Below, in pieces: positions 49,640-61,300 of a stretch of 64,000 bases of DNA. The notes under the pieces are model-generated. The model did not search any database. It was not told the DNA's origin and saw nothing but the letters and a program-made list of their open reading frames with translations. The translations under genes were made by a program, and so were the position numbers. Numbering within the stretch: the stretch's first letter is position 1; every line of letters starts with the position of its first letter. Source of the stretch: Anthoceros angustus (lineage: Eukaryota > Plantae > Anthocerotophyta); the NCBI GenBank assembly GCA_010909165.1, contig VJWM01000126.1, positions 682,001 through 746,000 of the forward strand, given 5' to 3'.

Positions 49640-51060
49640 CAAATCGGTGTGTATACAGGGATTCTACTACGAGGAGTTGCCAGTCACCTCGTCTTAAACG
49701 AGAGTTGATCCCTGGCAACCAAAGCCTCCAGGAGCGGTGTGAGGAGCCAAGACTTCCAGTGTGGGCGGGGACGGGTTTTCCGACAATGGTCGTTGCCAGG
49801 AGCAGGAGCACTTGTTGGGTATGCACAGCAAGGACTCAGCCAAGAGGTGCTTGTTGTGTCTGGACAAATGGAGCAAGAAAGCCTCATCCTGGCTAACCAT
49901 GTTACTTTTGCTTGCCTTCTGAAGGCCTGTGCAATCACTGGCGCCTTGAAGAAGGGCAGGCAGCTGGGATCCCTTGTGCAATGGCCTGCACACCAGACAG
50001 AAACATCGTCAGCTCCAAGAAACACAGGCAAGCGCTTACATGATAACGTTGCCGATGGTACAATCCTCTCCCTGAAGAGTGCAGGTCGCGCCTTCAAAAT
50101 TTTCATGGCCCTTTGGGAATTCACCCTGCCAACACAAGCCACAAACTGTTCAATTCACAACCAATCTGGACAACACAAAACAAGAAGCGAATCAGCAGCT
50201 CCTGGCGACCACTCACTTTTCCATGGTCTCGGGCACCGCAAACGGCCCAAACTTGTCTGGAGCATTCGTCTTGCTTAGCTGCTTCCACCCAGGCTGGCCT
50301 GAGGCTCGCCAAGGCTTCCACCCAGACTTGTCTTCGCTTGTTGTTCCTCCCCACCTTGAAAGGAGGGAGAACAGAGGTTAGTTTAATCCAAAACTGAAAG
50401 AATGAAAACTTCGCTTGCATACACGTAGACAGTGTGGCGTGGTCATACACAATACCTGGGCATCCTGCCATAGTCTGTTGTTAAACTCATCTTCCGACAG
50501 CAGTCCCTGAAAAATAGCCACAGTATGGCAACCGGACCGTTGAGGACCCAATAAATTGGTGTGCACAGGGATTCTACAAGGAGCTCCCGCTCACCTCTTG
50601 CCATCTGCTGGCAAACAACCAAGCCTCCAGGTGCAGCAGCGTGAGGAGCCCAGCACTTCCACTTCCGAGAAAATGTGTGGGTGGGACGAGTTTCCCCGCT
50701 TGTCGTAGCCAGGAGCAGGAGCACTTGTGGCCAACGATTTTTTTCTGGACCCTACCATGTGGTGCACATCAGACGAGATAAGAGGAGCTCCCGTTTGCCT
50801 CATTTCCGAGGTAAGGGGTCCAGCGAGGTCCTGTGGTTAAACAACATGTTCAAAACAGCTTGGGCTGATGAGCAGCTCTTTTCCTTGGATATGCAGATGG
50901 GTCATGGTGCCTCTCCTTCCAAGTCGACGTCTCCGTAGACGCCTGAACCTGGCAGGCGTGTTTCTCATAGCAGCTGCGCATATGTCAGAAACACAGGCAA
51001 CAAAGCCAACCCTATACAGCAGCAGCATCAGATGCGCAGGTCAAGAGTGAAGGCACAGGA
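49640..51060 (+). pseudogene. Fragments of further PDF-PPR paralogues: 49640-49970 deleted chimera, 50440-51060 N-terminus with degenerate PDF; inverted PPR piece at 49980-50370
   Basis: GYAQQGLSQEVLVVSGQMEQESLILANHVTFACLLKACA; ..RRDKRSSRLPHFRGKGSSEVLWLNNMFKTAWADEQL; nucleotide match to 30040-30600. Confidence 0.8.
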
Positions 51061-52186
51061 CCATGTGTTGGTGGTAGCCTCGAACATGTGTTAATAGGAG
51101 CCTCTTCGAGGCTTGGGTCAGGACATCACACTTTAAACTGGGAAGCAGGTGCATTCAGCTGTGTGGCCAGGCCTCAGGAAGTCCTCAAACTAAGGGCTTG
51201 TACAAGCCGGCTCTATTCCAGGCTCTTATTTGCAGGGGGAATCCTAAGCAAGACCAGTGCAGTGGTTAGTATCCGCAAGATCCTACAAGCAGGACGCACA
51301 AGATATGTAGGACACGCAAGCTGAAAGCTACTTCCTGGCTAGCATTGGTCACTCCAAAGGGTCCTTCGAACCTGATGTCGAAATCGGCATGGCAAGCACC
51401 TGCACTCCCCTCCCGCCCGTCTGCACAGCTGCTTGCAGGCTGCACCTCACTCTATGACAAGAAGATGCATCGCTGCACCCAACTGTGTGACAGCTGCTTG
51501 CCTCCTCCAGGATATGTACATGCAAGCGTGGCCACCCTGCAAGGCTTTGGAGAAGGGGAAAGCAGCATGGAAGGAAGCAGCCTATACATGAGAGGATGCA
51601 TAATTAAGAGAACAGACAGTTCACAAACAGCAGAGTCATCAAGCTGATGTGTTTGAACCCCCGCTGCTTCCTCCCGTGTATAGGCTGAGGGTGACAACCA
51701 TCAGGATGCTCGCAGACTTAGACCATATCCACAATACAAACCGAAATGTGGGCTGTTTCCGAACGAGAGCCTCACCACGTTCCATGGCAGGAAGAGGAAG
51801 GCCGAAAGCCACAGTATCATTTGAGCAAGAGGATCTGAAGTTGCACAGGACACTCAACCGACACGCAGAACAGCCTGGTGTTGACACTTGCACGCGTGAA
51901 GTACGCGGATTACAAACGGACACTGTAATGGTTATTACACCCCAGGTGCACTGGAGCTCGAACTTCTTACGAGGCTCGGTGGATAAGACCAACTACCACA
52001 ACTGCGATATAATTTTCTACCTGCTTCTTGCAACTGCAAGAGCAGCAACAGACCAAGGCAACTGGATGTGAAACTGCACGTGAGCAGTGGCCCAGAGGGT
52101 TGGTATAGTACACACACTGAAAGAATGGTAGCTTACTCACGATATCGATACATTGAAAGAATTGGGCTTGCTAGGAAGTAGTAGCA

Positions 52187-52335
52187 TACAGGCCTCCACA
52201 CCAGAGCTGGCATTTCTTCCTTGCATTCAGGCCAGCACACCAGGGCTGGCCTTCCTTCCTTGCATTCAGGCCAGCACACCAGAGCTGGCCTTCCTTCCAT
52301 GCATTCAGGCCTGCAGATCAGAGCTGGCCCTTCTT
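52187..52335 (-). repeat. ~39 bp tandem repeat x ~4, derived from the NAR2 stop-codon region
   Basis: caggccagcacaccagagctggccttccttccttgcatt units; the copy nearest the gene overlaps the AAGGGCCAGCTCTGA stop. Confidence 0.85.
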
Positions 52336-52959
52336 CTTGGCAGACCTTTGCTCCAGGAAGAAACATGTAGCCAGGGACACCAGCGAGAAAGTGGAGAAAC
52401 AGGCAGCAGCGATGTCGATGGAGACGGTTCTGCCCGAGATGGGACGGACCTGGAACAGGTTGATGGTCTTGTTCTTATCAGTGGTCTGGCCGAAGGCAAG
52501 CTCGTTACCATCGGCGTCCAGGGCGTAGATGCGCACGAAGTAGGTGGCCTTGGGCACGTTCTTGGCCACAGTCCACAGGATCGAGCCTCCTGAAGCAGAG
52601 TACGGCACCTCCTCGATCTTGTGGGAGCAGGTCTTGTCCTTGTCCAGATCGTCGAACCCCTTCCTCCACTTGCGGTTAAGCTGGCTCTTGGGCGCGAAGC
52701 AGAGCTTGGCACCCAGGTTGCGGTAGCTCTGGTCCTGCCCGGAGAAGGAGCTGTTCAGACTCCAGGTGATGCTCAGAGCATCAATCCCCGCTCTGGCGAT
52801 GGTGGAAGTCAGGTTGCCCTCGCTGCCCTGGATCCGGGAAGAGACGATGAGCGTCTTGGGCAGGGTCTTGAAGCTCACCCCTGCCTCCGCTAGAGAGCTC
52901 CACGCCGCGGCCAGGAGCAGGCACTGGATGGCCGCCAGCAGCCCCCGCAGCCCCGCCAT
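52318..52959 (-). CDS. NRT3: High-affinity nitrate transporter accessory protein NAR2/NRT3, intronless
   Basis: Signal peptide MAGLRGLLAAIQCLLLAAAWSSLAEAG; KLCFAPKSQLNRKWRK..DDLDKDKTCSHKI, VPKATYFVRIYALD, GQTT, LFQVRPISGR; C-terminal TM IDIAAACFSTFSLVSLATCFFLE. Confidence 0.93.
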   Translation of the reverse strand: MAGLRGLLAAIQCLLLAAAWSSLAEAGVSFKTLPKTLIVSSRIQGSEGNLTSTIARAGIDALSITWSLNSSFSGQDQSYRNLGAKLCFAPKSQLNRKWRKGFDDLDKDKTCSHKIEEVPYSASGGSILWTVAKNVPKATYFVRIYALDADGNELAFGQTTDKNKTINLFQVRPISGRTVSIDIAAACFSTFSLVSLATCFFLEQRSAKKKGQL

Positions 52960-53329
52960 TGCTCCGATGCAACAGGCAGGACAAGAAAGAGAGCGAAGAA
53001 GCCGAGGGAGAATGTCGTGAGTATTAGATCTGCCGGCCGCTCCTGCTGATAAGGCCGGAGAAGTGGCCAGTGCCGGGCTCGCAGGGCCGTGGACCTTGGC
53101 GCCGCGGCACCCAGGATGGTGGACAGGAAAAACCGCAGCCGCGTGCATCGCTTGAAGAATCCGGAGGTCAGCAGTATCGGATTATCGCGGCCTGTGGGAC
53201 CATGTGCGGTATCTACACCACCTGCAAAGCAGGCTTCACGACAAACCCAGCGTCTCTCTCTTGCAGTACGGCGACAGTCTGCTCCAGGAGTCCAGATCCT
53301 TGTTCTCGGGAAGTGCAAACCGTTGCTCT

Positions 53330-53860
53330 GGAGATGGAGCCTGCAGACAGTCTTCACTGCCATGTCTTCCATCTGAGAATGCAGATTGTGCAACATGTCT
53401 GAACTTGTTCGCTTCCTTGCTCTTCCCCAGCCCCTTTGCTCTGGATCTCCCAAGCTGAGATGGAGCCCGGAGACGGCTCCTTTGTCCATCTTTTGCACCG
53501 AGAATGCAGCGTGTGCGACATGTCATCACGTGCTTGCTTTCTTACTGCTCCTCAGCTCCTTTCCTCTGGCTCTCCTCAGCTGAGATGGAGCCTGGAGAAT
53601 TCTCCATTATGGAGCCTGGAGACTTCTCCATCATGGATATATGGAGACTTCTCCATCCCATCTCTTCCCAGCTGAGATGGATCTTGGGGACATTGCACAG
53701 TCCATCTCTTCATCCTGAGAATGCACACTTTGCAACATCTCTGCACTGGCTTGCTTTCCTGGAGCTCCTCAGCTGGGATGGAGAGAGCACAAACCCCCAT
53801 TGGCCATCTCTTCCACCTGAGAATGCAGACTGTGCAGCATGTCGTACACTTGCTTCCGTT
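53330..53860 (-). repeat. Degenerate tandem copies (~4) of the PPR gene's C-terminal E+ segment
   Basis: ccatct...gagaatgca...tgtgc.acatgtc....cttgctt recurs at ~53368, 53486, 53702 and 53804; the last is the coding copy (KQVYDMLHSLHSQVEEM). Confidence 0.75.
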
Positions 53861-56364
53861 CTTGGAGCCGCAGGGTGGTGAGGTTTCCTGCTTTGAAAAC
53901 CTTGAGCTGCTGGTGATGCTCGATCCAGCTGCAGCCGCATTTCTTCACGGCGCCTACCCGTTCCCGCAGATCCTCGATCCCGTCTGCGCTCTCCCACATC
54001 TGGGACTGCGCGTAGGTGGTGGACATCAGGGTGTACGCCGCGCCGTGCCTTGGATCCAGCTGCAGCAGGGAGTCGAAGCAGCGTCTTGCTAGGGTTACGT
54101 TGTTGTGTTTCCGGCAGGAGGCAAGGAGAGACAGCCAGAAGGAGAGGTCGGGCGGGAGAGGCATCTTGGAGAGCAGATCTTCTGCCTTGTGGAACAGGCC
54201 TGCTCGGCCGACGAGGTCGGCTATGGCGGCGTAGTGTCCGGCATCGGGGACGATACCGTGTGATGAAGTCATGGAGTCGAAGTACTGGAGGCCTGCTTCC
54301 ACCATGCCGGCATGACTACATGCCGAGAGGATCAAGAGGAACGTGACTCCCGTAGGCTCGACTGCTGCTGTTTGCATCTCCTGGAAGCAGCGGATGCACA
54401 GAGCTGTGTCTCCCATGCCGGCGTATCCAGCAATCAGAGCATTCCATGCCACCACGTCGGGGCGAGGGAGTGAGTCGAAGACGTCCCTTGCATCCGCCAT
54501 GCTCCCGCACTTGGAGTAGGTGTGGATCAGAGCAGTAGCCACACTCAGGTTGGATTCAAGACCTAGAAGCAGCACGTCGTGGTGGATCTGTTTGCATGTC
54601 TTCAGAGCTCCAGTGTTGCTGCAGGCTTTGAGGATGGACAGGAACGTCACCTCGTTGGGACTGAAGCCTTCTTGCTGCATGCGGGAGTAAAGTTGCAGGC
54701 ACTTATCTGCTTCGTCCTGCTGAGCGTATCCTTGAACTATGGCATTCCACGACACAATATCCCGCCGGGGCAAAGTGTCGAAAACCTGCCGAGCCTCGGC
54801 TACGCTTCCGCACTTGGCGTACATGTGGACAAGACAATTGCCCACAAACACATCTGCGTCATAGCCTTGTTGGGCAGCTTTACCATGCAGTGCCTTCCCC
54901 TTTTCCAGTGACTCCAATTTGATAAGCCTGCCATCCACGAACGTACTATCCTCGGCGTCGGCAAGTGCGGCACATGCTTTGAGAAGGCTCACAAAGGTCC
55001 ACAAGTCTCCTTCGATGCCTGCTTCTGTCATCTGTGTTTGAAGTTCGAAAGCCTTCTCTGCTTCATCCATCTGAGCATATGCTGCAATCATGGTGTTCCA
55101 CAGCACCGGGTCTCGATCCGGAAGCGCATCAAAGACATGACGCGCATCTGCAACGCTACCACAATGGGCATACATGTTCACCAGAGCTGCGCCCACAAAC
55201 AGATCAGACTGGCATCCATGCTTCTCAACCTCTGAGTGGATCCGCTTGCCCTGCTCCAGGTCTGCTAAGCTGGTACAAGCCTTGATCAAACTGAGGAACG
55301 TGTACTTGCTCGGCTGCACACCTTCTGCCTGCATCTGCTGGTACAGTCTCAGAGCCTCCTGTCCTTCACCTGCCTCACTGTATCCTGAGATTACCGACGT
55401 CCAACAGAAAGCACTTCGATGTGGAAACCGTTGAAACACCTGGAGTGCACATTGAAGGCCCCCGCACTTGACAAGCGTCGTAATCACACACTCTCCGAGG
55501 TACTTGTTCGACTCCAGGCCATGCTTGGCCAGATGAGAATGCACCATCTTGGCCTCAGCCAGCCCCTCCCTGTCTGTGCAGGCTTGCAAGAGACCAACAT
55601 ACAGCTGCACGGATGGAACCCTGCCCTTCTCATCCATGGAAAGCAAGAACTCCAGTGCCTTGTCCAGCCGGCCCTCCTTGCACAGAGCCTGTACTTCAAG
55701 CACATCTTCAGTGCCACTGTGAACCAACAATCAACAATCTCTCAGTCCCTCGGGAAAACAAGTTTCTGTAGACAAACACTGGCAACCAGCACCTTGTATG
55801 CATGTTCCTCAGCTTATGTCTTCCAGGAAGAGGAATTACCGCATTGACCCTTTGGGCTCAACCAACCCAATCCCCTGCTTGCCATGAACATCAGCAAGCT
55901 CGGAATCAACCCAAGGAGGCTTGTTCTTGTCGTCAAGCCAGAGGCGCTGCTGGGTCTTCTTGTGGCAGAAGTCAGCATGCTTTTGGTTTGGCTGCCCAAC
56001 ACGCCATCATCAGCACAGCTGCTTAAACATGCCAGACACACATATGGCGAAGGAAGCTCACAGGTAGGCTCACCTTGCTCAGTCGGTTGTCCCACCATGC
56101 TGATGGGTCCGAGAAATATTTCTGCCACAGCCTTTCCACTTCCTTCGCCCCTCCTGCTTTCCTAGTACCGTGTGCTGCAGGGAGTGCACCTCTCCGCGCA
56201 GAAAATGTCCTGCATTCCCTTAGCCCTAACAGTGGAGCATATTGCCACTGCAGAAATTGGCAGCAGGCCGGCAGCACAGGGGGACCCAGAGACGGCAGCT
56301 GCCATTGTCCAATCGGTTCCCATTGAATCATGCCTGATGCTGCTGATACACATGGAGTTGGCAT
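53769..56364 (-). CDS. PDF-motif + PLS-PPR + E/E+ (truncated DYW) editing factor with two 5' introns
   Basis: Exons 56364-56074, 55991-55840 and 55716-53769 join in frame (GT-AG): ..RECRTFSARR..ERLWQKYFSDPSAWWDNRLSK|PNQKHADFCHKKTQQRLWLDDKNKPPWV..MR|GTEDV.. then PLS array, E1/E2 and KKCGCSWIEH, stopping before HxE. Start codon uncertain. Confidence 0.85.
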
Positions 56365-56829
56365 TGTTTTGCATCCCAAGAGAGAGTTGTGTAAACGTTT
56401 ATCCAGAACATGACGAGCCAGCCAAATCAAATGCGACGATGTGCATTAAAAAAATGTGTGGATTTATTCAAGCCATCGTACACGAGACTTCTGGACGACT
56501 CCCATCCGCCCACCTCTAACATCCTCTGCACCACAGGACATAAGAACACAGAAGGACTCTTGGGATGTAAGAGATGGGCTTCGTCTGTGTGCTTCAGTGG
56601 CACAATTCTTCATCCGAGAATCGCAACGCCGATATGTACAAGGAGACAATGCGTCTCCGAAACTGCGTCCTTGTCCGGCTTGCAGCTGCACTGGAGAAAG
56701 CATCTCACGGGCTGCCAATTACGCAGTAGGTCAGAGGTTCTTCGCAATTCGTTCAATGGAGTCCAAAGACAGAAGGTCATTCACCTGCACATGTGCATGA
56801 ATTCCGACAGTCTGTTAGGGTTGAGGTCC

Positions 56830-58076
56830 TCAAGACACAGACATAGCAGAGCACAAGAAGGACATAACGTTTGGCAAAGACATGGATGTGAAGTCTACCA
56901 ACTCGTTGTGCTGTGCCCTGAAAGCGTCACAGAAGCGTTGTGCTTCAGCCTGGCCAAACTGCACAAAACAATTTGGGAAAACAGGTTTGAGGAACGTGTT
57001 GCAGAGCCCAGCCATGCCGACTTGTGCGAAATCCTGATCTTGTTAAAACGTGTTGTACCTTAGCCTCAACTTGCTGCTGCATTAGCTCCCAAAAGGACAC
57101 TGCACCAAAGACGTTTTCAGGTTATGATACGCTCGTGGCACTGGAATTAAATCGCATGAGTCACCGACAACACCCCGCCGCCAGCTGCTGAAGGCTGAGT
57201 TGAAGAACCTGGCGTGTTCTGAGACTGCTTGGCAGACAGTTTCTGCATGGGTTCAACAGCAGAACTCTTGTCCTTATCCCCATCCCCTACTGCACGCTCC
57301 TCTGTTATCTGCCGTCATCATTTACCACCAAACCTTAGCACGCAAGATGATATCTCTTCGCTTGTTGATGTATCAATTTCCCAGCACGGCCCCCAACAAT
57401 GCACAACAAACCAGACTTGCCTGTAGAGTGTTCAAGGACTCGCCAAGTGGCTCAAAATCTGGAAGCATCGAGGAGACATTGCTTGCTACCTCATCGGCCT
57501 GCAATATCCCAAAACACCAGAACCAGAAGTCACAACAGACTCGAACCACACATCCACTCTAATTCCTGCTGATCAACAGATCCACGCAACTCTCTTTCAC
57601 AAACTGTGAATACGCATGTCTCGCAAAATGGATCCACTTATGCTGAAGGACAATTTCTCCAGAAACAGATGCCCCCCGACAGAAATGAACGAAAGACAAA
57701 ACCCCTGAGGTTGAAGAGCTGACCAGCCCCTGAACAAACCACAGCGATTTCGGCCATGTTTCCGCGGTCTAGACGATCAATCAGGACATGCCGATTCTGC
57801 TTCCCGCCAACGAGCATGAAGCAACCCAAAGGTGCAGATACTGACCGACTGACAGATTCCACGACCATGGTTCCTCCGAGACACAAACATCAAACACCCC
57901 AGAAAGCAGAATTCGAGCTCTGCAGAAGCCAGCTGGACAGGAGAATCATATGCACCAAGCATCACAGTGAAAACATGCTGCCACAAGGAGGAGGGGAGGC
58001 TGAGACCCACATAGTAATCCCGCGTTCTGACCATGGGGAACAGGCCCAGGAGCCGCATGAATTGAGCTTCGTCCAT
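56830..58076 (-). CDS. Small conserved plant protein of unknown function, multi-exon
   Basis: MDEAQFMRLLGLFPMVRTRDYY|...|SFWELMQQQVEAK|FGQAEAQRFCDAFRAQHNELVDFTSMSLPNVMSFL matches a recalled conserved plant family (RLL.LFP.VR.RDY ... FW..L...E.K.G..EA..FC.AF...H..LV). One internal exon appears to end at a GC donor. Confidence 0.7.
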
Positions 58077-58331
58077 GACGAACTCTCGGGCTCCACTCTC
58101 GGCCAATTCACGACCTATCAATCTCCTCCAAGGCCATCGCAGAAGAACATGCTTCCAGCCATAGGTCTTCCCAGCGCCCACTCTAAACCTTCTCCTTCTA
58201 CGCAGAAGAGCATTCGACAAAACCGGCTTTATTCCGCCGGGAGCGGTTAGGTTACGCGGATCGTGAAGATGGCCGGTTGCTGAATGTCTGAATTCTGCGT
58301 TACCCATAATTCACATCTGTTGTTCTGTGGC

Positions 58332-61300
58332 ATGGCCCGTGTGGTGTCGGAGGGGGGAAATCCCCTGCTGGAAAGTTCCCGGAAACAGAGTGGATCACTT
58401 TCTGGACTGGAGAGTCTGGTGGGCGCTGGAGCCAGTCGGCTACGTCGACATGTTGAGGTGGATCCAGGCATTCCCGTTCCCTTGCCGGGAGCTGCTGAGT
58501 TGAACAGCTCATCCCAGCCCAGGCTGGTCCTGGGACCCGAAATAGTTTCTGCGTCGGGGAGCCAAAGGGGAGCATTGAAGGTGTCATCACCTCCTCCAGG
58601 GTTGTTGTCCGTTGGTGGAGACATTCCCGAAAGCAGGGGAGCTGGAGAGGGGTCAAAACCCGTGTCTCCGGGTTCTGCTGAGAAGAAGACAGAATTGGCT
58701 GAGAATCTCGCTAAAGCACACTCTCATGAGCGGGAGCCCAATTATCTGCCAGAAGGGCAAGGTCGAAGGAGAATAGCAACGTTGTGTTTTCTATCTGGCT
58801 TTATTTTGATGCTAACGGCAACGCTGCCGGCATCCCGTTTTGGTTTTCAGCATACGCTTTACAAGGTGAGTGCAGCCCTTCCTCTCTCTGAGTCTGATAG
58901 CGTAGCGGTTAGCCATTTCGGTTTCTTTTGCTTTGGGGCACTTGTTTCATCCAGCTGCAGAAAGCTTCTTCTACATGTTGCTTCATCTGGAGCAGTCCAG
59001 TCTGGTTTCTTGGTATCCGGTTCAGCCAAGCCTACAGGAAGCATTGCTGCTTTGGTCTATTGTGCCACAGCCAGGTGGCAGCTGACATCAGAATAGATAT
59101 CCTGATAGCAAGTTCTGTATGCAAAGGTTCAAACTTGGAGAGGATGGTGGGGTTATTACTTGGGAAACACTTACTACATCAGCTTCCATCTTCACCACTG
59201 TTATCCATCTTCCACTCACAGAGGCTTGTCATAAGGAATACGACAAGAGGCTTTCACACTTCTGATTTTGAGGTTGTGGATGGCTCCTACAAGAGCTGGT
59301 ACTTCTTTAACGTCGTTATGACCACCAATACATCGTTCAATGGCAATCCCGTTTTCAACATGGTGAGCTTTTTTGGCCATAATCTGAATGTGCTGCTGGC
59401 TCTCTTCTCCTCAAAATCAGACATAGCGTAATGAAATGAAGAGCAAATGCCGCATATCTGACTTGCCTGTTTTCTATCTCATGTTTTGTGTTAGCTTGGT
59501 CCGTATACCATGCAGCAGTATGTGAAGACTCTGGACGTCCAGTTTGTTGACGATGTAGCTTACAAATCCTCGGCAACTCTTGGCAGATTTGTTCCTGAGT
59601 ACTCCTGCAACCCTTGTTTACTGAGTGACAAGGTGACAATATTGAATGAGATGTACATGCAGATGCTTGCCTACTATGACTATGATGAACTAAAGGTTTT
59701 GCGACAGTACATCCCTGAGATCCTCGCTAGATACATTGTTCAATCTCAGGGTGCTGACTCTGTCTCATTATGGTCTATTCAGGTCATTTCCAAAGTTGCC
59801 TACCAACCAAGTCTAGAGCTGTCGTAGAAGTGGGTGATTTGGTGGGGTGTAAATCCAGGAAAGTAAGTGACAAATGCTGTGTATTTTTCTGTTGGCAGAA
59901 TACTTTGTGAGTCATAACATGGTAACGGCTGGTCCAGACGCCCGGAAAATGGCACTCCAACAGTTTGCCGATTGTAGTCCTCTGAAGGGGGTGTCGATTA
60001 TTACAGTTGGTGGTTTCTACAGTACCGTGTTTGCCCCTGAATTCTGCGCTTGGTCGAAGACATGGGTAAAGGGGAACACAATGTTCATGACCTATGGACA
60101 AGCATTTTTTTTCTTCTTTTCTTCAACGTATGGTTTGCTCCACTCACCAGTGGAGGATGTTATAGAACTTATCAACCCTGTTCCAGGAGCATTGGTGGCG
60201 CTTCCTGGGTTTTCTGATGAAATGTCAGTGGCCATTATTGAGTACTTGGACTACTTGGCTCAGGGCCTAGGAAGAGATGAGTTCCAGCGCAGGGATAAGC
60301 TTAAGAATGCTGGGATGTTCATGACTAGAACAGTGGGGGAAATACTTTATGGATATGATGACCCGTGGCTGTTGTACAGGAGCAGCTACTCGGCTACCAT
60401 CGGACCTAATCGCAGTACATGGGTGGCACAGATCTATAACATTGCGGATATTAGTAGGCCTGCATCGGACTTTGGTACTTTTAATTCGTACTCGGGGATC
60501 AATACAGGAGCAAGGAATATTTCAAAGCTCTATTGGATAACGCAGCAGTCAATATTGCCAGGAGCACCATTAAGTCCAATGCTGACAAGTCCAATGAATG
60601 CTAGTAGCATTGACTGGGACTATGGCACGGTGAATGTAGAGTCATCCCATGGGTCTCTTTTTGGTAATGTGCAGGCTGGCCAGAGCCTGACCATGTGGTT
60701 AGAGTCCTGGCTCCGTCATGTTACTCTTCAACACGTAGGGATTGGCAACCTGCATGGATTAACGACATATAAATACATAATGGCGGATTCCTCCCTAGCT
60801 TCTTGTCCAGAGCTCCCTCTCGAGTATGTTTGGAGAAAAGTCGCTGAAGTTGAATATTGTCTTTTATATGTTCACATGCAGGTTAGAGTTGAAGTAGAGG
60901 TCTTGTCACCTTTTTTGCTTTACTTTCTCTAAAAGTAGGCACAAGTTCATGTCAAGTGAGTAAGGGAGAGGAGTGGTTTGCTGTAGAATAAGTTCAGGCA
61001 GAAACTGCAGATCAGAACCTGAGATAAGATTCAAACGTAAGATATTGCTTGACTTGCAGTCGGCCGGTGAATGAATGGCTCTCAAAAACCTTCTTTTTGT
61101 GCTGTACAGGAAACTAGTGGAAGAAGGTCCCTGTCTCTATCCAAATATGCAGCGTGGTGTGATTGATATGACCAGATTCCCGGGGGGAAGTTATGAGTCA
61201 TTGCCTTTATTCTATCGTGCTGATCCTGCCGCTGTGCAGACCTGGGGCCCCGATGCTCTGACTAAAGGCAAATTTATCCAGAATGACTTTGAATTTAGAA

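Noticed and set aside
51649-52071. 140-aa ORF, and a short ALxRKQPT similarity to 1530-1580
   Set aside because: No family recognised; the match is too short to distinguish from chance.
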